Notes: generated from the letters alone by a model not told the origin. DNA of 61,514 nt, filler included, from Platydemus manokwari (GCA_037951405.1; 6 parts of 6 records of this genome joined end to end with filler, not necessarily neighbours in it); one strand, 5' to 3'; shown: positions 26,505-40,750, counted from the first letter of the whole stretch. Translations and numbers: made by a program.

Positions 26505-28174
26505 ATGAAATCTGGAAATAAAATGGGTCGTGGCAGAAAGTTAAAGGCCAAAGATTCAAATGCATCATTGCTATCATTTTCGGTAGCTGGTACAAAGAAG
26601 GAAAGTGGAACTTCTGAAGTGATTGCCATGTCAAAGAAAGTTGTAGAGAAACTTGGGTTTTTAGTCAATCAACATCGGGAATTTGTGGAAAAATCTCAAA
26701 AACAGCTGTATCTTATGTCTGGATCGAATAAAGAAGACAAACTCTGCGAATTATATGAATTACTGACTGTACATAAGACATTGATGAATCGATCACAGTT
26801 AGGATTATATGATTCTAATTTCTTAATTCATGTTGGTGAATTAGCCGATTCTTTGGAAACTCATAGAAATAAAATTAGAACTGAAGCAAAAAAATATTCT
26901 ATTGAAAATAGAGATCTTAAGACCAAATTAACATACCTAATAAATAGACTTATAGAGATGGAAGGGAATTTAGCAAAAGCGAAGGAGGAAATGTACCATT
27001 GGGAAACTTTATCTAAAATTAGATTGTTGGACGGAGAAGAAGAAGTGAGATCTATCAATATTTGATAACTAATTAGTTAGCTATTTAGACGGAAAAGGTG
27101 GAATCAGATGTTTGGGAAACTGTTGTACATCCAGATAATAAGGATCCTATCATCCCTCCTGAATTACAAGAAGCACAAGACATGATTAATGAAGGTAATG
27201 TTTCAAATGCTGTAAAAATCGTTAAACAATATGCGCAATCTAAAAAAACCAAAAAAGGTCACGATGAAGCAGGAGTTTTGTGTTTATTGGCTAAGCGTTG
27301 TTCGGAAGAAGACAATTCTACTACGGCTGTAGAAATAATAGACTTAGCCATTAGTTCTCGAAAAGAATCCTTCGAAGTCAATCATCCATATGTTGCTCAC
27401 ACATTATCTGCAAAAGCTATAATAATTGGTAAGACCAAAAATTTAGCATCTGCCTCAAAATGTGCTTTTGAAGCTTTGCAAACCATGGAGTCATATTACA
27501 AATCTGATAAACATAATAGAAATCTTGGTCACCAATATATGGTGAGTGGATTTTTAATTGCAAAATGGGGATTTCCTGAGGATGGAATTAAATTAATGGA
27601 GTCAGCTTTGTTAACGTTTGAGTCTCTGTTGCCCGCTGAAGAGGTTTCATGGATGGACACCATTGTGAAAATGGCCAAAACTTGTAATGATTGTAAATTC
27701 CATGATGATACAATGACAGTTTGTTGTGAATTAATTGATTACTTTCACGAAAAGATATATGGTCCAATTTCTAAAAAAAATCAACCAATATATGAAATTG
27801 CATCCGAATGTCAACGGGCAGATTCAACGACAGCAAAGCTAATATCTATGAATGGGCCTAAACCTACTTATCTACCACCGCTAGTAGCGGCTTCTCTTCG
27901 AGAAATTATAATCGCTTATTCATCGCGTTACGAATTTGGTTCAGCAAGAATAATTGAAAATTATTTAAAAGAATGCCTAAAATTAGATGATCCTGATATT
28001 ATAAATTCCCCATTAGATGATGGCGAATTAAATAAGGAGACGAAACAAACTATATTGAGTAGACGAATTGCCAGACAAAATTTCTCCAGTAGTAAAAAAG
28101 GAATTCTTAATATGAAAGAAACTAAAGTTAATCCAAAAGCAATTGAAGAAAAAATTAATAAAGCAGTGAAATGA
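26505..28174 (+). CDS. KLC: Divergent kinesin light chain-like TPR protein; exons 26505-27044 and 27089-28174 (~541 aa)
   Basis: N-terminal heptad region (LADSLETHRNKIRTEAKKYSIENRDLK, cf. KLC [23 protein letters not shown]). TPR-like repeats with GHD and NHPYVAHTL. YGPISKKNQPIY resembles FGSVDDENKPIW. A 44-nt phase-0 GT-AG intron joins the two ORFs. Confidence 0.75.
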
Positions 28175-29699
28175 TTTTATTTACAACTTTCTTATAAATT
28201 TGGTCGATATATATATTGTCTAATCCTTTTTGGCTTGACTGTTTTTAATTTTTCGTTTAAAAATATTTGATTTGACATAATGAATAAAATTTGATGATTT
28301 TTAGAAAATCTTTTTATCTTTCTTTTAATTAATAAAATATGTAAAAATATTGATCAACAAGAGATTTTTTCAAAAACATTTTTAAAAACTAATATTTGAG
28401 TTATCGATGATATTGATATAAATAATAAAGAAATGTTTGTTCTTAAATGTTTCTGATATACCTCGTTCGGTTAAATGAGTCATTTTACAAATTTAGTTTT
28501 CAAATTCTAAAAAATTATGTGAATTATAGTTGTAAATAAAGTATCTTAATAATTGTTGAATGTGAATAAGTTGGCTTAAAATAACGACTATCTTAGAGTG
28601 TCTACATTCATTCATTATATCAAATAATATTGAAAGTCAACGATTTAATAAACTGTCTTAAAAGAACGAGTAGATACACATAAATTTCCACAAACAAAAC
28701 CTATTAACCTATAAGATTATTTTGAAACAAGGGTTAATAAATCGTTGAAAAATTTTGTTTTGTACAAATCTCAATCGATCACTGTATACATCGATTTCGT
28801 AATTTAATATCATGAAAAATTTTTGAAAAATGAAGAATTTTTTATATAAAATTGTATTTCCAATATTTCTCTTTTATTCATTTTCACAAAAAATTATTTA
28901 TTAAGTAAATTACCCTGATAAAGTTTAAAGGTAAAATATTTATACTATATATTTATATTAAGTTTTTAATATTATTTGAACAAATTTGTTTAAATGCAAT
29001 GGTTTATAAACGCAAACTTTATTAGACTAAATCATTTCATTTTCGGATTTTGTCAATATTTGATTGATACTGACGGAAATTAAAATGAGGTAATTTGATT
29101 AACTTAAATCAGAAATTTATTACCGATGATTTAAATATTCGAAATATTTAAATATTATTTATGACGTAAAGTTATGAATAAATAATTGATGTTTCCACCA
29201 AGAATTTGATAATTATCGGATAATTAGGTGCGTGTAATAAGTCAAGCAATAACGGTAAAAAATATAATAACTTATTCTCTGGACTATCGGGTCATGTTGT
29301 TTAAAAGCTGTTAGTAAATTCAACAGCCTTGCTCCGTGATATTGATGTGTGTAAGTTTAGTTATGTTGACAAATACCAATACGAACTCAAAGTTACTTAA
29401 ACATTTTATTGAATATCAAATCAATTTGTACTGTTTATTAATCGGAAATTTTACAACAAGTGTAATGACCTTGCTGAAACCACAAGAACTTGATTAAGAC
29501 TTTAATGATTTTATGTATCTAAATTTTAATAATAAGTTATTAGAATGACAAAAGTGGCAGAACCTTTTGGCAATTTAGATAATTTATAAAAAATTATCAA
29601 ATTATTTGGAAAGGTTGTTATATTTTTTTAATACAATCATTTGTTCTGTCAATATTCGTAAATCTTTTCGTATTCTCAAATTAGCTTATAATCGTCGAA

Positions 29700-30225
29700 G
29701 TTTGATGAGAGTATAATGTTAACGTTTGTCTTCCATTTATGTAGCAGTTTACGTTGGATATTTGATACCCGACGATCGTTTGGAAAATTTATTGTATTCG
29801 GTATTTTGCACCGTTATTCTAACCTTTTAAGATATCAACATCATCGAATTGAAGTCACCAGCATAATAATTATTTCGTTAAAAATAAATCATTAATTAAA
29901 AATGAATAATGAATCTTCTGCTGGTCCTCACAATTTGGAAAGTTCAATGCGATGCTTTCTTATGATGAAGTGACAAGAAGATATGTTAACTGGATTGAAC
30001 GTGATAAGTGAACATAGAGTTACCACTGTAATGGAAGTACAACTAACATTTTGATAAATGAGAATTAGAAAAATAGAAACAATGAGGTTTGGGACAATAC
30101 AAACTGCAAAACTGATTAATGGAATGACCAAACAAAAATAAGTAAATACGAAAATAACAGAAATTCATTAAATCAAAAATATAATAATTAATTTTGAAAT
30201 TTGTGATTTCTGGATCAATTTTCAA
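29700..30225 (-). pseudogene. Possible decayed 7TM receptor (LGR-like TM1-TM2)
   Basis: Overlapping frameshifted ORFs read DLMNFCYFRIYLF/LISFAVCIVPNLIVSIFLI, similar to the LGR DxMxxxxLRxxIWxIxxxAxxGNxxV pattern. Weak. Confidence 0.22.
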
Positions 30226-30529
30226 GCAAAATATTTCAGGTTCATGTGTATATCACTTCTATAACCTATGTGTTTACGTCCTTTGTTTGGTTAATAAATA
30301 TTCATTATTGTTGGGTTTTTGGAACAATGACATCTGATATTCTTTTCTTGTGTATGAAAGTTTTATGATTATTGTATTTGGTGTATATTAGTAGCAATCT
30401 TTATTATCAACAATATCGTTTTATCTTTTATTCGTTTTATTCTGGACAAGTTATTTTAAAAGTTAATATAATAAAGCAGAATTTAAATTAAAATAACTTT
30501 AGAAATGAAATTAAAGTTATAATTTAGAA

Positions 30530-31400
30530 CCTGCTTACTTAAAAGAATATAATTGACCCCAAAAATAATCCAATATTTTACCCAGCAACTAAAAATTACC
30601 CCTATTTAAAAATGTCCAAATACCAAAAATACCCGCATAAAAAGAAATTACCCCTATTTTTAAATAAAAGAAGCTTGACTGGCAACAAGATAAAAATAAA
30701 TTCCCCTTCATAAAAATATAATGAACACCAGTTTTTACCCACACAAAGCCATGATAAACCGAATTAAAAAGAAATTCGCTCGAATTAAAATGAAAAAACC
30801 TACACTTTAGTCAAAATTCAGCCACTATAAAAAACCCATATAAATAGACCCTTAAAATCAGAGGCCATGATCCACCTGTTACAAAAGAAAACTGCCCCAT
30901 TATTAGAAACCACTAGCGTAGTGTGCCGTAATCAACTATTCGAATTCGTTGCCGAAGACAGTCAAAGCCAAAGCCAATTTTCCATGTTGCCAGTTATATG
31001 CCCAGTTTATCTGGAAGAGCAATTTAAATATTGTTATTTGAATTGTTCAATAAGAAGCCCCGAAACGAGTAAGATATCGTTCTTGTAAAATCATTGATAA
31101 TTTACAATCAAAAGCGTATATTCTTCCTATTTATAGGGTTAAACCCAAAAGTCTTGTGTAAACGGATTTACTCCCCTTGGAAGCATTGCTAATCGGAGCT
31201 TTGTCTAGAATTGTCCATAATCTCTTGTAATTTTGGTGTATAAAAGTATCGTTGTATTTAAACATAAAGTAGTAATTTATAACGCCATTAATCATATAAA
31301 AGTAGTCATTTTTAGCTGTAATTTTGTTGGAATAATAAAGTTTTATAATAATCAACGAGTTGGTTTTAAATTTGGCGAGTGCCTTTAGCGTCATTTCATT
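30530..31400 (-). mobile_element. Possible L1/Tx1-type LINE 3' end (ORF2 C-terminus plus G/T-rich 3' UTR)
   Basis: The frame of ORF 31131-31394 continues through a few stops: LWTILDKAPI...AFDCK...FGASY...NWQHGKLAL. 30530-30860 is strongly strand-skewed. Confidence 0.3.
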
Positions 31401-31722
31401 ATCTGTAAAGAATCATTTCATTGTCAATTCACCATCTTTTTAGAAGGGTGTAAAGATGTAAATAAAAACAATAAATATAATAATTTGAGACTGATAAATT
31501 CCAAAGCAATACCATTGAGCCGTTTATCCCGTCTTTATACGAGGATTGACACAATCAAGGCAAAGAAAGATCATAAACAATAGATTTAATCGATACTGAT
31601 AAGACTCTGATATTGCTCAACCAATTTAAAATAACAATAAAATGCAATAAAGAAAGAGAGAATGACCCAAAAACCGATCATTATTATCGTTAGATATTAC
31701 TTTGCAATTACTTTAAAGCATA

Positions 31723-31798
31723 TACAGTCCGGCTAAAATTTTTAGACGCACCTTAAAAATCATTTAAAATTGCCAAAAACATTAATTTTTATGAAAAT
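31723..31798 (+). mobile_element. Tc1/mariner-like terminal inverted repeat cut by contig end
   Basis: TA|CAGTCCGGCTAAAATTTTTAGACGCACC: TA target followed by a CAGT start, right at an assembly break. No partner TIR visible. Confidence 0.4.
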
Positions 31799-31898
31799 NN
31801 NNNNNNNNNNNNNNNNNNNNNNNNNNNNNNNNNNNNNNNNNNTTAATTAATTAANNNNNNNNNNNNNNNNNNNNNNNNNNNNNNNNNNNNNNNNNNNN
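31799..31898. other. Artificial contig spacer
   Basis: 44 N + TTAATTAATTAA + 44 N. Confidence 0.97.
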
Positions 31899-31942
<44 letters not shown>

Positions 31943-32726
31943 TAATATATTATAATATAATATTTCTGAAAGGCTTTCACTTATTAAAATAACTTTTTTG
32001 CCATGGCTAATATAAATAAATAAACTTGGAACTTCTAGAATGCTCCATTCTATGGGAAATCAATCAGTATCAATTATTCTGATAACAGACAACGGTTCGG
32101 AACTCCATTTTATTGATTTGTTTACAAACATTAAGAAACATCAATAACTCTATCAATGAATTTGCATAATTATTTGGGATTTTGTTGATTTTTGTTTAAA
32201 TTGTCAAACAACAATAGAAAAGCTGTGTGGGAAAATGTTGATTTTGTTAAAATTTGGTTTTTGAAAATTAAAAAAATAACAATAAAAATCGAAATATTTC
32301 GATTTTGTCTTTTGTTTCGCTTTCTATGGGGGCAAAGAAAGTTTCGATTTGAAAAGCTTTGTTTAAATCTTTTAATTTTGCGATGAAATTCTACAACAGC
32401 ATTAAAACAAATCAACCAATTATTAATTAATAAATATTTTCATACAGATTTTCAGAGATTATTTCTAACATAATTTCTCAATCGATGAAACACAGAACGG
32501 TTTTTGGAAATAATAAAATCAAAACCTCAAAATGTCATCTTGTCAAAGTCAGGAAGATCCAAGAGAGACAAAAAAATTAGAAAAAATATTGAAAATTATA
32601 ATATTAAGAAGTAATTGATAATATTATTATTAATAATAGTAATAAGTATAGAATCGTTATAATAATTATTAATTACTTTATACTATATGATAATAAAAAA
32701 TAAAAAATATAATAATAAGGATAACA

Positions 32727-32776
32727 ATAATAATAATAATAATAATAATAATTATTATTATTATTATTATTATTAT
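32727..32776. repeat. Palindromic (AAT)n(ATT)n microsatellite, 50 bp
   Basis: Head-to-head trinucleotide arrays centred at 32751/32752, in a ROCK intron. Confidence 0.9.
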
Positions 32777-32922
32777 AACATTTATGCCATAATAAAAACA
32801 TAATTATAATCATTATATTAATGAATAGTTCATAAGATATTTCTAATTTTAAATCATTAATAATATAATTATAACAATGTCGTTATAACATAAGCATTAT
32901 AATTATTATATAATTAACTAAC

Positions 32923-35836
32923 CAATATCCCTTTTCTCAATCAATAATTTATCCATGACATCTTTGTTGAATTGATTCTCCTTGGCAAGTAAATTAAATT
33001 CTTCTTGTCTAACATCTTTATTCTCGGAATTGTCAGCTTTATTGCTATTACAATCGATATTGATAACTCTTGTATCTTGTCTGGTATATGTAAATCCTAC
33101 AAAACATACACATGTTATTGTTATTATTGATCAATTATCATAACGATTAAACACCATCTAAAATATCCGTTACCATAGATACATCAAATATCGCACCTGA
33201 AAATTGTAAATTTTCCCCAACAAAAGTTGTTGATTTCAATTCTTGACTGCTCTGTGTCATAAAATTTCTGTCCACATCATCATCACAGAAATCGAAATGT
33301 GAAGTGTCCAAATCGTTTTCCAGTCGAGGAATGAATGGTGGCTGGAAATCTTGAATCGTTTCCCAATCCCATTTTCGTTTTTCCGCCGCAAAGAATTTAT
33401 GTGATTTGATATCATTAGCATTGTCATCTTGACCAAGTCTTATCGATCGATCACAAATCAAATCTATTTTTTTAAAAAAAAAAAAGAATAAGAAAAAATA
33501 AGAAAAAAATGAGAAAAAAAACACTTTTCATAAAATCCAACGCTGTTTCCGATACTTCTTCATCGGGAGGAAATGAAAGACTTTGTTCATGTGTCATGAT
33601 TTTGCCGTATGTATTGATCAAATTGTCCGAATAAAATGGTGGTTCACCATAAAATATCTCATACAACATCACTCCTAATGCCCACCAATCGACTTCTTTA
33701 CCATATTTCGTATTATCACTTTGTGACAACAACACTTCCGGACTGATATAATCCGGTGTTCCAATAGCCCGATTACAAACAACAAATTTGGTAATCGGAT
33801 CCATTTTAACACACGATCCGAAATCCGCTAATTTCAAATGGCCTTGAACATCAAACAGTAAATTATCGGGTTTGATGTCCCGATGAACGAATCCATATTG
33901 ATGGAGTCCATTGATGGCTAATACTATTTCCGCACTATAGAAACAGACATCTTTTTCCAACAACACTTCCAATTTGCTCATCCAATTGACTAGATTACCT
34001 CCAGGTAAATAATCCATCACCATATACAGTCGTTTGGGATCCTTGAATCAAATAATCACCATCATATTTCATTTCATTGATTAAAATGATGCAATGAACT
34101 TCATCATTCATATCAATTCAAATCAAAGAAAACTGGTCATAAAAATAATTTTTAAAGGTAAAGGTATTTTAATTTAACAAACACTTGTGACAATTGAACT
34201 GAATCAAATTCAATTAACCAGTTAAATACATTTAGTATATTAATAAAGTGTGATTAACAAATTATGAGTAATTACAAATAATTATTTAGATCAAATAATA
34301 TTTATAATAATGCAGCTGATGAATAAAAAGAAACTTTAGACATTGAGGCAATCAATATGGGTAAGACATTATAAATATAGTGTATGTATGTGTGTGTACT
34401 TGTGTTTGTGTGTATGTGATAAGAGCACAATGTCACGGCTGTAGCGTTGCTGTTACAAAAATTAATCACAAATGATTACTGGTATTGCAATATAGAAATA
34501 AAAGAACAATGTGGAGGTGAGATTAGATCATTTTGTTCATCATTAAATTTCTAAGGTTATTACAATGAATTTTGTTTGGCATTCGAAAATAGTATTGATT
34601 GAAGCATAATAATAAATAAATAAATAATCACAAGATTATTGATGAAAATCATAACACACGTGACAAATAAATGCAAATATTTCCAAAGCGAAAACATGCT
34701 TTGCAAAAAATTATTACGTCATATCAATATTATTATCGAATAAATTTATAAAAAATAATCGAAAAAGCTTTTCGTGTTTTTATATATATTTATTTTTGTC
34801 CGAAAAATTCCCGTTGTATTTCATTGATATAATTAATGAGGGGCGACACATAATATAATTTTATAAATTTACATTTTATAATTTATTGAAGTTCTGGCAT
34901 AATATGTAACCCTTTTTAATAACCATAAACCATCACCTGAAATGCATAGTGCAACTTCACAATCCATCTACTACCAGTTTTGATCATAATCTCACGTTCT
35001 TCCTGCCAGAAAATCGTTCCTTCACAACTGACCACCTGTGACTTGTTTAATATTTTCAATGCATATAAATGTCCCGTCTGCCTATGTCGGACTAATTGCA
35101 CTTGACCAAAAGCTCCTTGACCGATGATTTTAAGCACATTGAAATCATTATATTTCAAACGATAATGAAATATTTTATCATATAAATCCTTATATCTAAA
35201 TATTATTACTAGTTATAATGAAATCATTCTTTTTTTAAAAAAAAATTTTATTACAAGTGCATTTTAAAGCCTAATCAATACAAGAATAAATAGTGTATGT
35301 AACCACTATTTTACCAGAAGACATGCAATCAGAAAGTGTAGCATGTGTAGCATCAGCTAGACATGTAATACACAGTTCACATTCAAACTAGCCTTCAGGC
35401 AAAATAATTTTTCACATACATAATGGATACACGTTCATTTTTATGTTTTTAATAAGTTTGTTAATAAATTATCTTTAAATTAATAATAAAGATAGATAAA
35501 AGTAAATATAAAGAATTTCAATAACAATTAAAAATTAAATTAATTAATCAAAAAAGAATATTGAAACTACATTTTTTATTTAATAGAAAATTATTTTCGA
35601 AAATCTTCATTTCAAATATATAAATAAAAAACTCACTGTTTGTAAAAACTAATAAGATATTTATTAGAATTTGAATTGGTAACTGATTTGCAATCAAGTA
35701 TAAGATTTAAAAATGTATCAAAAATAAAATCAAATGATATATTTTCATTATCATCTGTATCCATATCTTGAAAAAATTTGCAATGGGGCATAACGTTTCC
35801 AATGAGATTTTGTAAATTATTATGCAAATCACCCAT
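32923..35836 (-). CDS. ROCK: Rho-associated protein kinase (ROCK/DMPK family), 5' part; exons 35836-35637, 35195-34937, 34041-33525, 33463-33197, 33096-32923
   Basis: IGQGAFGQVQLVRH, YALKIL, FWQEEREIM, HRDIKPDN, LADFGSC, GTPDYISPEVL, DWWALG and hydrophobic motif FVGENLQFSGFTY, then the start of the coiled coil. All GT-AG junctions keep frame. The rest lies beyond the contig end. Confidence 0.92.
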
Positions 35837-37118
35837 GCTAATTATTTCTAAAATGATTTAAATAATCTAATCGATGCCGGTTTTAAGCATAGAAAACAAT
35901 ATGAAAAATACGATTGTACATAGTAAAATAATTTAAATAATAATTCTCAACCTAATTAAAAAATTAATAAATGAATTCCAATTTAGATTGAAATATATAT
36001 GATATAGTAGATTTTTAAAATTGATCTACTTAATTTTTAAAGCATCCTCAATATATAAACAAATGGCTTTATTTTTTAATATTTTAATTAGGATCAATAA
36101 CCAATGTATATTATTAGTTTTTAGTGTACATTTTTATTGTTTGAAATATTTAATACATTTAATCTTTTTTTCGTCGAAATAAAAAGAAGTTTATTGATTT
36201 CTAAAAATTAAAAGTCGTTTTCCTGTCTTTTTGCCTAAAGTTGAATTTTGGGGTTTGTCTTATTTGCAGTGCTTTCACATCTTCAGCAGCTTCTGCGTTC
36301 TGCCTCAGATCAATTTCCTTATGTATTTTTGCTATGTAAGTTATTATCCTTTTTGTGTTCTTCGAGTTCCTGCTTTTATCATCTTTAGTCTATGAGTCGC
36401 TTTCTTTATTTATGTGTTCTCTTTGGTTTGCTTGATGTTTTTTGACTTTCAATCGGTACTTCCTTTTCTCTAACTACTGATTTTTGCTCCAACTGATAAT
36501 TGAATTTGCTGTAGCTAGATTTTATTGGTGATAGATGTTTTGAAACACGCTTCCCCTTTGCTTTTTCATTTTTGCGTTATCTTCCGCTTACTTGAGTCAA
36601 TTCTTTTCGCTTACTTTTCTTCTCCTTATTTATAGTTAAACCACAATGACACTGTTCTAATCTAACTTTTTAGATTGATTTAATAATTGTTTTGCAATTC
36701 TAGTTTTGGACTTGGGAAGAACATGAAGCTTGTGTTTTATGGATCGTTTTAATAATTAGGGGAGATTCAATTAATCTTAGTTTTGTTTAATTATATTTTC
36801 TTTTTATATTATGATATTATTATGATATTATTATATATTTTTTTCTTTTATATTCTGTCAGGAAATTTTGGATTTTTTCATATTGTGTTCTGACTTTTAA
36901 TATATTTTTTAATAATTTTTTTTTAATATTTTTTTACTAATTTTTTAAAGTTTATAGACTAATTATTTATATATTTTAGGTTTTATTTCTTTTTATGCCC
37001 ATTTTTTATTTTGACTTACTGTTGGATTTCCAAAGTGGGCTCTGCAACGATCCAGAGAGTCGGTGAGGAATACAAGCTCATTTGGGGGCGATAATATTAT
37101 AAGAATGTAAGAAAAGAG

Positions 37119-37154
37119 CTTTCAAAGAGCTCTTAAAGAAAGATCAACCGTTTT
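37119..37154 (+). repeat. 36-bp copy of the AP3B exon 4/intron 4 junction (41765-41800)
   Basis: CTTTCAAAGAGCTCTTAAAGAAAGATCAACCGTTTT vs CTTTCAAAGAGCTCTTAAAGCAAGATCAACCGTTTT, 35/36 identical. Confidence 0.9.
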
Positions 37155-37969
37155 ATAACTTGCTACTAAAAATTTAAAAAATTTGGTAAGGCTTAGCTTG
37201 AGTGAGCTAAATAATATTTATTCTGAAAAGGAGGCGGTAAACCAGAAAGGTTTGGGAATCACTGGTATATGCATTCTTTGAACGCAATATACTTCTTTAA
37301 ATTATTTGAGAAGTAAATCTATAGTTTTCGATTAGTGCTTGCGTTTACATATTGCTTTTTGTTTTAAGAATTCTCTAACGATTTTAAAAGTGTTTAATTA
37401 TCCTCGATTTAAAATAAAAGTGCATTTTCTATTTTTGCTTATATTTTATCATTTATATTAGATATATATGATTGGATAATTATCTGATTCAAGTCATTTT
37501 CATTGAAATATTACGTTTAGATTATTATAGATACGTCATAGTTTCAATAGTAGTCAGTCGGTTTCCCGTGATCAGATTCTTTAATATTAATTCGAAGCTT
37601 TTTTTCATAATAAGATTTTTCTCATAATCTTCTATTCACATTTAAATATTTTATGAGCCAATGATTCGCTAATTTTTATTTCCTATAGGTTGCCATTTTC
37701 ATTTGATTTTTATAATATTTCCCTGTCTTTCATTTATATTTCTACTTGTTTAACAATTTCATCTCTTTACAAAATTTCTTTACCCTTAGTAGATTTATAA
37801 GAAAATATAAATATGTACTTAAAACAGCACTCACACACCCAGCCGATAACCAATATAAAACCTGGTGAATAAGGACTAAACATTATATTTCAATAAGGAA
37901 TATACGTAAAATTCATGGGATATTTAAAGATGTTATAAAGAAATATGAGGTGTCTATCATTTTATGTAT

Positions 37970-38220
37970 TTAAGGTGAATCAGTGGAGATCATAAGATCC
38001 ATGATAATCACCGAAATTCGGATTTCACAATAGGTACTGAAGAATAAAGACTGTGTCAATAAGAGATATTTCAAGACTGGATGCGCATATGTCGTTACAA
38101 ACGACCGACCTTTGTTCGAAATGTAAATACAAAATGAACTGTGTCAGATGTTAATAAACCTTTAACGCGGATGTAAAGAGAATCAACATATAAGAATATA
38201 TATCGACTTAATAGAGATCA
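37970..38220 (+). mobile_element. Possible decayed non-LTR retrotransposon CCHC zinc-finger region
   Basis: TTDLCSKCKYK...RGCK remnant resembling CxxCxxxxETxxHIxxGC. Stops present. Confidence 0.25.
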
Positions 38221-40489
38221 GCTTTTAAAATATATAACTGAAAATATGAAAAATAAAAAAACAGAATTCCTGTGACAATGTTTTATTGAAATAAACACAA
38301 AAGTAACAAACATGTGATTCTATACGCCATCGGTGACAATCGATAAAAAATTAGTAATAACAAAATGAAACACAAATTTCAAAAAATGTAAAAATAAAAA
38401 CTCAATGATTAAATAATATAATGCATAAAGAAATGTGAATAGCTTAAAGACACGTATAATAAATAAGACATAAAGAATAAATAAATACTGCATAAAATAT
38501 ACACAAATTATCAAGAATAAAATCAATAATTGCTAACTTATACTCAATCATGTCGATGTTCGGATTGTTTGCTGATTGAAATTAGAATTAACGATTTCAA
38601 TTTGAAAATGTGATTTTTTTACGAATATTTTTAAGGGTGATTATTTTATTAACGGAATTCGGCTGTGATTGAGGAGTTGTTACAGTGATTGAACCGAGAT
38701 AAAATAATTACTTTACAAAGATCTTTTAAGAAATATTGGGATTTGGTAAATATATTCTTTAAAGAGAATTGCATATATTTCTGAAGATATGAGAATAAAA
38801 GTAACAAAAACCATTACATGAATTTGCTATACCTTATAAAAGTACAACTTATGCAAAGCTTTAACTATCTTCATGATTTTTGTATTTAGAAACGACTAGA
38901 CATCCAGAGGACAGCTTTATCCATATAACATTTTCCTCCTAAAACTGTAAAACTCTTGAACATAGAGTGTATAAAAAATTAAACTTTAAAAAAATAATTA
39001 AAAAATTGTAGATAAATATTCTTAGAAAAATAATTAATAATATAATTTAATAATAAAATGATAGGACGATATTCGATAAGTTTTGTAGTATTGATCGGTA
39101 GTTTAACAGAACAATCTAACTCATGTTGATTTAAAATAATGGCTTATGGAAAATGTATCTGTCGAGCAAATGATCGAATATCGACTATGCTGTCCTAGTG
39201 GTTTCCAGAAATATGGGGCCTGTCACGTTTAGTCCAAAATTGTGCTTGTTATGAAATTTTTACCCTTTATTTATACTTCCGTTATGAGGCTTATATAATA
39301 AGTATAATATAATAATGAGGCTTATATTATGTTATATTATTACGTAACATCATATGAAATTTATATGTTAAAACCCGCTCTTCAGTTTATTATAATTATT
39401 ATTTCATAATTATAGTTTTATTTTCATTAATAATCCATCCAGAATATTTGTAGAAAACCAAAAAAATTAATAAAGATTATTAACAAATGATTGTTGCATT
39501 GTAATAATCATCCATGCAATAAACTAAAATGTTACAATAATGTCGAATAAACTGAAAAACGTTCCAATGTTTAATTGATACAATTCAATTAACCATAAAA
39601 AACTACACTATACATTGATACAAGTTTACTACAATATACATCGATAAATAATTAATGTCGGGATTATTGTTTAATATTTTTCAATCTGACAAAATCTCTA
39701 GACGAATTCCCCAGATCCCCAATAAACACATTATTTAATTCATTTGGATGCTTTATAACAATCAGTAAAGCTATCTTATTGAGATTGCCAGAACTTAACT
39801 ATAACTTTAAATATATTAATTGATAGATTTTTAAGATAAATTATTATGGGTTCAAAAGAGCAGATCTTTTTGATAATTTAATTTAAATTAAATTTAAGTC
39901 TTTAATAAATAAACTCGTAAATTCAAAATCTTAATTTTCGATATTGTGCGACTTAAAATTTCAAATTTTTCGCTAAAATACAAACTTCAAGAATTGGTCA
40001 AATTTCGATGGAATTGTTTTTTCAAAAATTTGTTACTGAACTAAGGTCGTTGATCGTCAGCTTATATAGTAGTTGGTTTTAGGTACTTTGTATCTGACGA
40101 CCATTCAGATATTTTATTGTTTTTCGGTTCTTTGCACTGTTATTTCATTCTTTTAACTATTCTTTCGATAATTTTTTTTCATTGGAAATTCTATTTTAAT
40201 AAAACTTTATTTGCTTTTTACTTTGATTTACTTTATTTTACATAATTTCATTTATTCTTGTTAAATTTATTAAATAATAATTTAGATTTTATAAATAATA
40301 ATATATATTTTATAATTGTGCAGATAAAAATAATTATTTTGTATCTTTTTATACAAAATCATTAAATAATAATTTTTATGCATAAATACACGTCAGAATG
40401 ATTGGATTGAATTGAATTGGAATTCGAAAATTGAGATTTTTTTGAGATTCTTTTATAAATCCAATTCTATAGTCCAACTTCTCACTCGT

Positions 40490-40750
40490 TTATTCCTGTT
40501 TTTCATTAATTCTTACCAGTCTTTCTTAGACTGATTTATTGCTGCCAGGTATTGTGAGATTTTGTTTCGTTGCATTCTTTTTTGTCAAACCATATTTTCA
40601 AGAAGTTATAGCATATCTCACCGACTTTGTCTTTGCATTTTTCTTCTTCTGCTGTTTATATGGACTCAAGGATCATGGGTATTTTCTTATCATAAGGTAC
40701 ATTATCAGTTTTACAATATGATTTTAGTACCAGATTACCCACGTTTCCTA
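40490..40750 (-). mobile_element. Decayed LINE RT fragment
   Basis: KYGLTKKNATKQNL resembles QxGFxxxxSTxxNL. A-rich minus strand. Confidence 0.3.

Noticed and set aside
30530-30860. Mitochondrial insertion (NUMT) suggested by G/T strand skew
   Set aside because: No recognisable mitochondrial gene or tRNA; better explained as a retroelement 3' region.
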